Assembly (NCBI GenBank): GCA_964014485.1
Contig: CAXHAT010000023.1
Coordinates: forward strand, 1-55,118
Origin: an uncultured Deferribacteres bacterium
Lineage (GTDB): Bacteria > Zhuqueibacterota > Zhuqueibacteria > Zhuqueibacterales > Geothermadaptataceae
Length of the DNA stretch: 55,118 bases
Direction of reading: 5' to 3'
Shown: in pieces, positions 9,360 through 18,583 of the stretch
Numbering within the stretch: position 1 is the stretch's first letter
Layout of the letters: each line of letters opens with the position of its first letter
Translations under genes and position numbers: made by a program
The notes under the pieces: generated by a model
Databases searched by the model: none
What the model was told of the DNA's origin: nothing
What the model saw: the letters and a program-made list of their open reading frames with translations, nothing else

Positions 9360-10733
9360 ATGAAAAACAACGCCAAAAAAGTGCTGATTGCTAACGGTCA
9401 GGGATTCTGGGGCGATTCGATTTTGGGGCCGATTCGCCTGATTCGCGAGGGCGATTTGGACTACCTTACCCTCGACTATCTCGCCGAAGTCACCATGAGC
9501 ATTATGCAGAAGCTCAAAAGCCGCAATCCAAACGCAGGCTACGCGACGGATTTTATCCGCATGTTGGAGCGTATTCTCCCGGAAGCGCACGAAAAAGGCG
9601 TGAAAATTATCGCCAGCGCTGGCGGCGTGAATCCGGAAGCATGCATGGCCGCGACCGGCGAGGTCATTCGCAAGCTGGGGTTATCCGGAATCAACGTGGC
9701 GACCGTCGCCGGGGATGATATTTTTCACCAGATCGATTCGCTGCTGGGCAACGGCGAACCGCTCAAAAACATGGACGACGGCGAACCGCTAACAAAGGTC
9801 AGAGAGCGTATTCTTTCTGCAAACGCCTATCTCGGCGCTTTTCCGATTGCAGACGCACTCGGTCAAGGCGCGGACATCGTTATTTGCGGACGTGTCACCG
9901 ATCCGTCGCTAGTGCTCGGCCCCATGATTCACGAGTTCGGCTGGCAGGAAACGGATTTTGATCGATTGGCGGCAGGGACGGTTGCCGGACACATTGTAGA
10001 ATGCGGCGCGCAATGCACCGGCGCCAATTACACCAATTGGCGTGAGATCGAGGATTTGGCGCTCGTCGGCTATCCGGTGATTGAAGCGGGCGCAAACGGC
10101 GAATTCACGATTACCAAGCATGAAAAAACCGGCGGCAAAGTTTCGGTTGAAACCGTCGCTTCGCAATTGGTCTACGAAATGGGCGACCCGCAAAATTATA
10201 TGACGCCCGACGTCATCGCTGACTTTACGACGATCAACCTATCCGAAGACGGCGAAAATCGCGTGCGCATCATCGGCGTTAAAGGCAAGCCCCCGACGGA
10301 TTTCTTGAAAGCTTCGATCAGTTTTCTAAACGGCTACAAAGCGCTTGGTCAGCTCACAATCGCCGGGCCGGACGCTTTGGAAAAAGCAAAATTGTGCGCT
10401 GAGATTATCTGGGATCGTCTGGCTTATGACAACGTCACGTTTGACGAAGACAACAAACTGGTCGAGTTTGTCGGCACGAACGTTTGCCACGCCGGGATCG
10501 CTGAATCGCCGCCTGAGCCTGCTGAAATCTTGTTGCGCATTGGCGTGAAAGATGCGGACAAGGCAAAAGTCAATCGTTTCGGCATGGAGATCGTGCCGTT
10601 GGTCACCAGCGGTCCGCCGGGCGTGACGGGTTTTGCCGGCGGCAGACCCAAAGCGACGGAAATCGTGAGTTACTGGCCGGCGCTTTTGCATAAAAAATTC
10701 ATTTCGCCACAAATCAAAATACAAAAGTTTTAA
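9360..10733 (+). CDS. Acyclic terpene utilisation AtuA-like protein (DUF1446), N-terminal part
   Basis: GFWGD, DYLAEVTM, SANAYLGA, GRVTD, GHIVECGAQCTG. Confidence 0.9.
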   Translation: MKNNAKKVLIANGQGFWGDSILGPIRLIREGDLDYLTLDYLAEVTMSIMQKLKSRNPNAGYATDFIRMLERILPEAHEKGVKIIASAGGVNPEACMAATGEVIRKLGLSGINVATVAGDDIFHQIDSLLGNGEPLKNMDDGEPLTKVRERILSANAYLGAFPIADALGQGADIVICGRVTDPSLVLGPMIHEFGWQETDFDRLAAGTVAGHIVECGAQCTGANYTNWREIEDLALVGYPVIEAGANGEFTITKHEKTGGKVSVETVASQLVYEMGDPQNYMTPDVIADFTTINLSEDGENRVRIIGVKGKPPTDFLKASISFLNGYKALGQLTIAGPDALEKAKLCAEIIWDRLAYDNVTFDEDNKLVEFVGTNVCHAGIAESPPEPAEILLRIGVKDADKAKVNRFGMEIVPLVTSGPPGVTGFAGGRPKATEIVSYWPALLHKKFISPQIKIQKF

Positions 10734-10764
10734 TTCAGAAAAGAGGAACTGAAGCGAGAAAGAC

Positions 10765-10840
10765 TGGATTGATGGATTATTGGAATTATGGAGTGTTTTG
10801 GGAATCCAGTACTCCAAGATTCCATTTTTCCAACACTCCG
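10765..10840. repeat. Inverted array of 8-bp TGGA/TCCA units
   Basis: tggattga-tggattat-tggaatta-tggagtgt, then tccagtac-tccaagat-tccatttt-tccaacac-tccg. Confidence 0.75.
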
Positions 10841-10877
10841 AGAAGGCTTGCTTTGCAAAACGTCAGGAGAGGACGCC

Positions 10878-12416
10878 ATGTCAGACATTGAAAAAAACAT
10901 CGATGAATTACTGCAAGAATTGTCGGATGAACTGAATTACAACGACAAAACCCTGGCCATCATTCTGGCCGCCGGACACGGCAAACGCATCAAGTCGGAA
11001 ACGCCGAAAATGCTGCACGAGATTTGGGGCGTGCCGACGGTTTTGCGCGTTTCAAACGCCGCTCGCGACGGTTTGAACAGCGCAAATCAGATTTTGGTGG
11101 TTGGGATCAAAGCCGATGAAGTTGCGTCTTCATGCGGCGAAACGGCCAATCGCGCTTTCGTTTATCAAGCCGAGCAAAAAGGCACCGGCCATGCGGTTCG
11201 GATCGCGCTGGACGCCGTGACGGACGCTAATTACGACGGCGCGATTTATGTTTTTCCCGGAGATGCGGGTCTGCTGAACAAGGAAGTTGTCGCGGAGTTT
11301 CGACAAGCGTTTGATGAAAACAACTGCGACATGATGGTACTCACCAGCCTCTTCCACGGGCCTTCGGAAGAGAATTATTATGGCCGAATCGTGCGCGTTC
11401 CCGAACGTGACGCTGAAGGCGTTTCTTCCGGCGAAGATGCAGGAAAAGTTATTGAGATTAAAGAACATAAAGACATTCTATCTCTGAGCGAAAATGAATC
11501 TTACTTGACGAAATTCGGCAATCGCACCTACCGTTTTTCGCGGCAAGAATTGCTGGAGACCAGAGAATTCAATACCGGACTATACGCTTTCAGCGCGGCG
11601 TCCTTGCGCGAAAACATCAACGCGCTCAGCGTAGACAACGTCCAGGGCGAATTGTACGTCACGGATTTGATTGCGATTTTCAACCAACGCGGTTTGAGCG
11701 TTCGCGCCTTTGCAACACAGGACGAAGACGCCGTGCTTGGCTTTAACGTCAAGAGCGTTTGGAAGCAAATGGACAGCATTGCGCGCGCAAAAGCATACGA
11801 GCAGCTCAAGGACACCATCACCGTCGCCGACCGGGAAGATTTTTTCATCGCCGATGATGTGATTGAAGATTTGCTTAAAATGGATCGTGAGTTCGGCCCG
11901 CTGGATATTGAAATCGGCAAGGGCGTTCATATTGGCTCCGGGGTGAAATTAGCGCGCAAGGTCAGCATTGAGAGCAATGTTTACGTCTCCGGCAACGTCG
12001 AACTCAGCGACGGCGTGGTTTTGCAGCGCAGCGTTCATTTGAGCACATATCCGCATCAAAAGATGAAGATCGGCAAAAACTCGCGGATATTCAAAAACAA
12101 CATCATCAAAGGCGATCTGGTCATCGGCGAAAATTGCAGCATCGAATCCAGCGTCAACATGACCGGCTCCGACGAATACCCGATTCGTATTGGAAACAAT
12201 GTTTTGATCAAGGGAACGTCCTATATTTTCGGCTGTGTGATCGAAGACGACATTTGGGTTGAGCACTCAATTCTGAAACACAAGTACGTTGAGCGCACGC
12301 TGCGCAAGGACGGCACGGTTCAGCCGGTCAAATGGGTTCTGCCGCAGCCGCAGGGTCTGGACACGATCCGCACCGTCGCGCCGAACGTGGCGGAAGATTT
12401 GGAAGATCAAGAGTAA
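10878..12416 (+). CDS. GlmU-like nucleotidyltransferase with left-handed beta-helix C-terminus
   Basis: ATG after GGAGAGG; ILAAGHGKRIKSETPKMLH, QKGTGHAV, YYGRIVR, NVQGELYVTD; hexapeptide-like repeats. Confidence 0.85.
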   Translation: MSDIEKNIDELLQELSDELNYNDKTLAIILAAGHGKRIKSETPKMLHEIWGVPTVLRVSNAARDGLNSANQILVVGIKADEVASSCGETANRAFVYQAEQKGTGHAVRIALDAVTDANYDGAIYVFPGDAGLLNKEVVAEFRQAFDENNCDMMVLTSLFHGPSEENYYGRIVRVPERDAEGVSSGEDAGKVIEIKEHKDILSLSENESYLTKFGNRTYRFSRQELLETREFNTGLYAFSAASLRENINALSVDNVQGELYVTDLIAIFNQRGLSVRAFATQDEDAVLGFNVKSVWKQMDSIARAKAYEQLKDTITVADREDFFIADDVIEDLLKMDREFGPLDIEIGKGVHIGSGVKLARKVSIESNVYVSGNVELSDGVVLQRSVHLSTYPHQKMKIGKNSRIFKNNIIKGDLVIGENCSIESSVNMTGSDEYPIRIGNNVLIKGTSYIFGCVIEDDIWVEHSILKHKYVERTLRKDGTVQPVKWVLPQPQGLDTIRTVAPNVAEDLEDQE

Positions 12417-12446
12417 ATTGAAATCAATAGTTTTGTGGAGGAGGGT

Positions 12447-12671
12447 ATGATTCAATCTGACCCCAAAATTATGATGGGAAAACCGGTTATAGCCGGTACG
12501 CGTATTACCGTGGAACTCATACTGGAAAAACTGGCGGCGGGAGAATCAATTGAACAAATTTTGGCGGCACATTCGAGGTTAACAAGAGAAGCGGTTTTTG
12601 AAGCCCTCGATTTTGCCGCGAGAAACACGCTGAAGCGTGGACTACAAGCGCAAAGCTGTCATAAAATATGA
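12447..12671 (+). CDS. DUF433 antitoxin-like protein; C-terminus overlaps a REP element
   Basis: IQSDPKIMMGKPVIAGTRITVELIL...EALDFAA. Confidence 0.85.
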   Translation: MIQSDPKIMMGKPVIAGTRITVELILEKLAAGESIEQILAAHSRLTREAVFEALDFAARNTLKRGLQAQSCHKI

Positions 12672-12714
12672 GCGTAAATAGAGAACGGTCGTTTGTAGTC
12701 CAGCCTTCAGGCTG
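12626..12714. repeat. Inverted GTAG-type REP pair
   Basis: cacgctgaagcgtggactac and gtagtccagccttcaggctg; a related unit caaacgctgaagcgtttgactcc lies at about 14072-14094. Confidence 0.7.
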
Positions 12715-12824
12715 TCTTTCAAGCGCACTTATTTGTAGATTTCGTCGGTATTGATGCCGGATTAACGGTTATCGCATTAGTTATGTGAAAGCGACAATAA
12801 CCCCATTAAAAACAATCTATCGAT

Positions 12825-13145
12825 ATGAGCCAAATTCAATTAAAAGACATAGCCTACGCCCGCAGCGGCGATAAGGGCGACGCCAGCAACGTCGGCGTTG
12901 TCGCTTATGACGACGCCGGGTATGAATTCTTGAAAAAGCATTTAACGCCGGAGCGCGTGAAAGCGCATTTCAGCGAGATTTGTCACGGAGATGTTGAACG
13001 TTATGAAATTCCCAACATTCGCGCGCTCAATTTCATCCTGCACGACTCCCTCGGCGGCGGCGGCTCCGAAAGCTTGAAGACGGACGCTCAAGGCAAGACG
13101 CACGGTCTCGGCTTGCTTTATATGGAAATCGACGTTCCAAGTTAA
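12825..13145 (+). CDS. Stand-alone AtuA C-terminal-like domain protein
   Basis: ARSGDKGD, VERYEIPNIRALNF, LGGGG..SLKTDAQGK. Confidence 0.85.
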   Translation: MSQIQLKDIAYARSGDKGDASNVGVVAYDDAGYEFLKKHLTPERVKAHFSEICHGDVERYEIPNIRALNFILHDSLGGGGSESLKTDAQGKTHGLGLLYMEIDVPS

Positions 13146-13216
13146 ATTCGCTATAGCTATATTCATATGTTCAGCAATAGGGTGATCGATTCTTTAGCAT
13201 ACACTGCAGACCTTAA

Positions 13217-13540
13217 ATGAAGCTCTCGAAGAATGCTACAATTGCTCCTGAAAAACTGTATGGTTACTTGCTTTTATGGCGACCAGTAAACGACAAATCC
13301 AAATTTTTATCATCTGCGGGCTATACGAATGAAAATTGGCAAACTCTAAAGCGAGATTTACAAGAGCAGATTTTGCCCTTAGAAGCAGAAGAGATTGAGC
13401 GAACAAAGTATGGCGTCGTTTATAAGATTAGCGGCGCTCTGAGAGGGCCAAACAACAAAGTTCTGTTGATAAAGACCATTTGGATGAAAGAAACCGTTTC
13501 GGGAGAAACCAAGTTTATCACTCTTTATCCAGCGAAGTAA
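13217..13540 (+). CDS. DUF6883-like protein (putative toxin/nuclease)
   Basis: IAPEKLYGYLL, KSKFL..AGYT..NW, LRGPN, TIW, KFITLYP; typical partner of DUF4926. Confidence 0.7.
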   Translation: MKLSKNATIAPEKLYGYLLLWRPVNDKSKFLSSAGYTNENWQTLKRDLQEQILPLEAEEIERTKYGVVYKISGALRGPNNKVLLIKTIWMKETVSGETKFITLYPAK

Positions 13541-13547
13541 AGAAATC

Positions 13548-13799
13548 ATGAACAAGTACAAAATTTTTGACCGCGTGGCGTTAGCGCGCGATTTTCCCGA
13601 GAAGGATTTGCTGCAAGGCGACGTGGCAACAATTGTTGACGAACATCCTGACCCGGACGGCGGCGAAGCCGGTTATTCTCTTGAAATTTTCAACGCCCTC
13701 GGCGAAACCTTGACGGTTATCGTTGTGTCTGAATCTGACCTGCAACCATTAAACGCAAACGAAATACTTAACGCGCGTTCTTTGTCTTTTTCAGCATAA
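13548..13799 (+). CDS. DUF4926 family protein (putative antitoxin/immunity)
   Basis: DRVALARDFPEKDLLQGDVATIV, GYSLEIFNALGET. Confidence 0.8.
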   Translation: MNKYKIFDRVALARDFPEKDLLQGDVATIVDEHPDPDGGEAGYSLEIFNALGETLTVIVVSESDLQPLNANEILNARSLSFSA

Positions 13800-13852
13800 T
13801 CTTCTTTTAATAACTTCAAAAACAACAGCCATTTATTGCTCGTCCCGCCTGC

Positions 13853-13881
13853 TTGACATGCGACGCTAATCTTTGTATATT
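13853..13881 (+). promoter_or_regulatory. Sigma70 promoter upstream of the nuclease/ATPase operon
   Basis: TTGACA-17 nt-TATATT. Confidence 0.7.
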
Positions 13882-13929
13882 GCGCCGTTTTCCCGTATCG
13901 CGTTCTTCAGAGCGACTTCGCCCGAAGCT

Positions 13930-14047
13930 GGGTTTTCCAAAAACATGTCTTCTGAATGAAAGACATACCGCATGTAGGGGTTCAAAATCTTGAACCCCTA
14001 CGACATGTTGTGTATCGTTTTAAAGATTTTATGTTTTTGGACAGCCC
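13930..14047. mobile_element. Small MITE-like element with central GTAG REP palindrome
   Basis: Ends gggttttccaaaaacat / atgtttttggacagccc (15/17 complementary); internal gtaggggttcaa-aatc-ttgaacccctac; no clear target duplication. Confidence 0.6.
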
Positions 14048-14141
14048 CCTGTGAGTGTGAAACTGCTCGACCAAACGCTGAAGCGTTTGACTCCAGTTAA
14101 AAAAGCGAATCAACGATTCTCAAGATCGCTTCCAAACTTTT

Positions 14142-15269
14142 ATGAAAATTCTCCACTTCTCCGACTTGCACTTGGACGTCGGTTTTTCTGAAAGTCACCT
14201 CCCGCCCAAAGTCGCGCGCGAATGCCGGATGCGATTACGCCAGACTTTTTTGCGAATGATTGATCTGGCGATAGAACGGCAGGCGGACGTCGTCACAATC
14301 GGCGGCGATCTTTTTGAGCACGACCGCGTCTCGAAAGACACGATCAATTTTGTGATGGAGAATTTGCAGCACTTGGCGCCAAAGCCCGTTCTTATTGCGC
14401 CGGGGAATCATGATTATTACAGCCCCGCCTCGCCTTACGCTCGACTCAAATGGCCGGGCAACGTTTTCATCTTCAGAGATTCTGCGATCAAACCGTTTTT
14501 TGTCAACTCTGATTTCGCCGTTTGGGGCATGGCCCATTGCTCTCCAAGCGAACGGAAGAACCCGCTTGAAGCTTTCACGCGCACCGAAGCGGCCAAGACC
14601 AACATTCTTTTGATGCACGGCTCCGAAGTCGGCAATTTTGTCGAGAATCGCGCCGCGCACGCACCGTTTCGTTTGGACGATATTGAAAACGCCGGGTTCA
14701 CTTTTGCGTTGCTGGGCCACTATCACGGCATGAGAATGCTCGACGAGGACGAACCGCTGGCGGCTTACCCCGGCAGTCCCCAACCGCTCAGTTTTGGCGA
14801 AGACGGCAGGCACGGCGCCATATTTTTAAACATCGTCGATCAATTTGTCGAATGCGAATTTATCCCGACCGCGACGCAGGCGTTTCTTACCGTTTCACTC
14901 AGCCCGTCTTCGGAAGCGACCGACGCGCATACTCTGGCTGAAGAAACGCTGCTTGCCGCCGGGAGACGCGCGCAAGACGCCAATTTCCTGCGTCTGCAAT
15001 TATCCGGCATTCAGCAAAGCGACGCCCACCTCGACAAGGAATACCTCAAAGAATACTTGCTGCAATACTTCGAACATGTCGTGATTGTCGACCGAATGCG
15101 TTCACAAATCGACGTGGACATCATTTCTCAAGAACAAACGGTACGCGGCGCTTTTACGCGAGAGTTGCAGCGCGTTTTGATGGACGCCGACGAAGATCAG
15201 GAAATCGTTCGCATGGCGCTGAAGTACGGCCTGGACGCTTTTGAAGAAGGCAAGCTGTTAAAACAATGA
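14142..15269 (+). CDS. SbcD/Mre11-like metallophosphoesterase (YhaO-like exonuclease)
   Basis: SDLHLD, GGDLFE, PGNHD, LMHG, ALLGHYH, YPGSPQ. Confidence 0.9.
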   Translation: MKILHFSDLHLDVGFSESHLPPKVARECRMRLRQTFLRMIDLAIERQADVVTIGGDLFEHDRVSKDTINFVMENLQHLAPKPVLIAPGNHDYYSPASPYARLKWPGNVFIFRDSAIKPFFVNSDFAVWGMAHCSPSERKNPLEAFTRTEAAKTNILLMHGSEVGNFVENRAAHAPFRLDDIENAGFTFALLGHYHGMRMLDEDEPLAAYPGSPQPLSFGEDGRHGAIFLNIVDQFVECEFIPTATQAFLTVSLSPSSEATDAHTLAEETLLAAGRRAQDANFLRLQLSGIQQSDAHLDKEYLKEYLLQYFEHVVIVDRMRSQIDVDIISQEQTVRGAFTRELQRVLMDADEDQEIVRMALKYGLDAFEEGKLLKQ

Positions 15270-18094
15270 AGTTGAGCCGATTACATATCGACGGTTTTGG
15301 CGCACTTGTCGAGGAAGATTTTGAGTTTGGACCGAATTTGAACATCGTTCTCGGGCCAAACGAAGCGGGGAAATCCACGTTGCAGCAAGCGTTGCTGACG
15401 ATGCTGTACGGTGTTTACCAGGGCGGACGCTCCTCGCCGCTTGAAAAACGGACACACGCACGGTTCCGTCCATGGAGCGGCGCCAAGTACGGCGGCAGTC
15501 TTTACCTTGCGAGCAATTCGGGGGAAGAATTTTTAATTACCCGAAAATTCGACTATCCGGAGCCGGAAACGCATATTTTTGATGCAAAAACGGGGCGCGA
15601 GATCACTGATCAATTTACGCGCAAGCGGCGCGGTTTCGTGGATTTTATTGACCGTCATCTCGGCATGTCGAAGCCGGTTTTTGAAGCCGTTGCATGTGTC
15701 AAGCAAGGGGATTTAACCACGCTTTCCAAGCATGAAGCTCAGGAAATCGCCGATACGATTATCCGCCTTGTCGACAGCGCCGCCACTGACGTTTCCGCAC
15801 GCATGGCGCTGAATCGTCTCTCGGCTGCGATTCGCATGTTCGGCACGGAACGCAGCAAGTCCGGCCCGTTGTTTCGAGCTTATCAAACGATGAACGACTG
15901 CAAACGAAAAATCGATGAACGTCAAAAACTGAGCGAATCGCTTGCCGAAGATTATGCACGGTTGCACGAGATTACCGAAGAGATTTCGTTTCTTGTTGAG
16001 CGGGAATCTGCGCTCAAGAAAGATCTGCAAAGCTGGAATTATCATGCGCTGAAAAACCGCTTCGAGCGCTTTCAAAAGCTCTCCGTGGAAAAACAGGCGT
16101 TACAGAGAAAAGTCGACCAAACTTCGCAATTGGCGGTCATTTCCCAGCATGATCGCGACCAGGTTTTGAAATGGATGACGCTGCGCAAACGCTTGAAACA
16201 TGATCGCGACATGCGCATGAAGGAGCTTGAAACGTCGGAAAAAACGCTTGCGGAAAAGACGATTGAAATCGAGGCGATTCCGGTAGACAAAGAATTTTGG
16301 CAAAAAAATCAGGACGCATCCTTTTTCGAAATTCAGCAAGAATGGGAAAAACTCGACGCACAAAAAAGCGACCGTGAAAGAGACGCTGGAGAACTCGAAA
16401 AAATATATGACCGCGAGGGATTGACGCCGGAAGTGCGCAAGGCGTTGGACGAATTGGGCGGCGAAAAACATGATGATATTCGGAAAAACGCGAACGCCGT
16501 AGCCGAACGCAGCGAAGAGATTCACGCGCTGGAAGAAAGCCGAATCAAGCATCGGAAGATTTCAAGCTTTCTGCGCGGAGCGACTGGTTTGATTTTGACC
16601 GCGATTTTGCTGCTCTCATCCACTGCTTCAACGACGGTTCAGGAAAACATTTTAGCGATGACTCAGGCGGCGGACTGGCTTGAATACGTCGTCGGAACGA
16701 TCATTTTGCTTTGGCTGACGTTCGAATATTTGCTTGCCAATTCCGTTCGCCACATTGAGGAGAGTTTGAGCGGCGAAAAACAGGCGCTGCTCATCGCGCA
16801 GTCGTTCATGAAAAAAAACCTCCAACCTTTTCGCGTCACTGTTTATGAAGAGCTTCTCGATCTGCAAATCAAGTACACGAAACTGCAATCGCTTCATTCG
16901 CAGGCGGCTGCAAACATGCGTGATATTGAAGCGCGTGAAGAGCGTCTTTTAGACTGGTTCAAAAAATTTCATTATGACGCTTTTAGCAAGGAACACCTGC
17001 AGGCCATCAAACAACAGCTTAAGATCGGGCGCAAATCCTGGGATGACATTCGCAGCCTGAAGGAGCGCATTTCCGGGATAGAACAATATTTGAGCGAACG
17101 GGACGACAAGCTGGACGAGGCGACCGACCAAATCAAAAAGACTCTGGAAAAGGCGGACTGTTGGAGCGGCGTTTTCGAAGAAGACACGACACGCTTCCTG
17201 GAACTGGCAAATTCGACACAAAAATTAGATCTATTGCACGGCGAGCTCAAGCATGTTTCCGCTCGGGAACAAGAGCTGATTGACGGGACGACGCCCGAGG
17301 CGCTTGAAACCAATGTTTTCGAGCTCAGAAAACTGCTCGGCGACGGCGCAGCCACGCCGCCGACTACAAGTCAAAGCGAGTTGAGCGAATCGCTTTCGCA
17401 AGCACAGAGAAAGCTGCAAAACTTAAAGGTAGAGCACGCCGCGCTGCAGGAACGGATCGCAGAGCGTGAGACGAAGCTCCCGGACTTGTCGGAGCTGGAA
17501 GAGATGCTAGCGACGACGGAGACTGAAATTGAAGAGATGACGACCAAACGTCAGGCGTTGGAGCTGGCCTACGAAACACTGCGAAACATTGCCGCCGAGG
17601 CCCACAAGGATTTTGCGCCCAGACTTGCCCAAAACATCAGCAATCGCTTGGCCACAATAACTGACAATCGCTACCAGGAACTTTACATCGATCCCGCCGA
17701 TTTCACGATACGCGTTGCGCACGGCGAGGCGCGCACATTGACGGAACTGGAATTTCTCAGCTTCGGCGTTCAGGAAATCGTCTATCTGCTCATGAGATCG
17801 AGCATTGCTCAACTGTTTTCAAACGCTTCTGAAAGCGTCCCCCTGTTTTTCGACGACCCGTTGGCCCACGCTGACGACAAACGAAAGGGCAACGTCCTGC
17901 TGCTTCTTTCCCGCTTGGCGGAGCAGCAACAACTTTTCTATTTTACAAAAGACCAGACCATTGCAGATGAACTCGCCGAGTATAAAATCGACTACAATCT
18001 CATCACTTTGCGTCGTTCGGACGAAACCAAGACTTCTCGGAACGCCTGGAGAACCAGCAGGGATGAGGACGAAAACGACGATTATTCCTTTTAA
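15266..18094 (+). CDS. YhaN/Rad50-like SMC ATPase with internal hydrophobic segments
   Basis: Walker A GPNEAGKST; long coiled coils; LSFG signature; FFDDPLAHAD Walker B/D-loop; overlaps the upstream nuclease gene. Confidence 0.88.
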   Translation: MKLSRLHIDGFGALVEEDFEFGPNLNIVLGPNEAGKSTLQQALLTMLYGVYQGGRSSPLEKRTHARFRPWSGAKYGGSLYLASNSGEEFLITRKFDYPEPETHIFDAKTGREITDQFTRKRRGFVDFIDRHLGMSKPVFEAVACVKQGDLTTLSKHEAQEIADTIIRLVDSAATDVSARMALNRLSAAIRMFGTERSKSGPLFRAYQTMNDCKRKIDERQKLSESLAEDYARLHEITEEISFLVERESALKKDLQSWNYHALKNRFERFQKLSVEKQALQRKVDQTSQLAVISQHDRDQVLKWMTLRKRLKHDRDMRMKELETSEKTLAEKTIEIEAIPVDKEFWQKNQDASFFEIQQEWEKLDAQKSDRERDAGELEKIYDREGLTPEVRKALDELGGEKHDDIRKNANAVAERSEEIHALEESRIKHRKISSFLRGATGLILTAILLLSSTASTTVQENILAMTQAADWLEYVVGTIILLWLTFEYLLANSVRHIEESLSGEKQALLIAQSFMKKNLQPFRVTVYEELLDLQIKYTKLQSLHSQAAANMRDIEAREERLLDWFKKFHYDAFSKEHLQAIKQQLKIGRKSWDDIRSLKERISGIEQYLSERDDKLDEATDQIKKTLEKADCWSGVFEEDTTRFLELANSTQKLDLLHGELKHVSAREQELIDGTTPEALETNVFELRKLLGDGAATPPTTSQSELSESLSQAQRKLQNLKVEHAALQERIAERETKLPDLSELEEMLATTETEIEEMTTKRQALELAYETLRNIAAEAHKDFAPRLAQNISNRLATITDNRYQELYIDPADFTIRVAHGEARTLTELEFLSFGVQEIVYLLMRSSIAQLFSNASESVPLFFDDPLAHADDKRKGNVLLLLSRLAEQQQLFYFTKDQTIADELAEYKIDYNLITLRRSDETKTSRNAWRTSRDEDENDDYSF

Positions 18095-18319
18095 CTGATG
18101 TTACGCACCAACCAAGATAAAATTCTGTGCTTCGGCTTTTGTATAAGCTGAGTACTGCAGATTGAAACTGGAACTGCCCGCCCTCCCAGACACATTTGTT
18201 TCAGTCATTCCCGCGCAGGCGGGAATCCAGAAAATGGCGCCCACCCACTGGATTCCCGCCTGCACGGGAATGACTTTGACAAAAGTTTCTATCGCGTCGC
18301 GGCTGTAGCGTAACATCAG
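18095..18319. mobile_element. MITE copy A (CTGATGTTACGC family), 225 bp
   Basis: TIRs ctgatgttacgc/gcgtaacatcag; 7-bp target duplication CTTTTAA at 18088-18094 and 18320-18326; cargo gtcattcccgcgcaggcgggaatccag...ctggattcccgcctgcacgggaatgac. Confidence 0.88.
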
Positions 18320-18540
18320 CTTTTAAAACAAAATGGCGATTTCACCGCTTTGTTTAGCCATTTCACCAATTTGTTTCTTCTCACATCCGAGCTAACCTGC
18401 CGCAAAAAGCGGCCAAACCTAAAGCAAACTAATTGACCGCTACATGGCAAAGACCACATACAAAAATCTGTTTTTTAGGACTTTACACCAGGAATAAAAT
18501 TCTCCGTCTGAAAGCCGAATGTTGAATTTCTTTCACATTC

Positions 18541-18556
18541 TGGCACGCGTCTTGAG
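18541..18556 (+). promoter_or_regulatory. Putative sigma54 -24/-12 promoter
   Basis: TGGCACG-CGTC-TTGA; candidate enhancer repeats tggcgatttcaccg (18334-18347) and tagccatttcacca (18355-18368), 21 bp apart. Confidence 0.6.
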
Positions 18557-18583
18557 AATGCGTTGTTTGTTTTTCCACGCATT

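Noticed and set aside
10788..10877. N-terminal extension of the GlmU-like ORF
   Set aside because: It runs through the 8-bp repeat array; the RBS supports the ATG at 10878.
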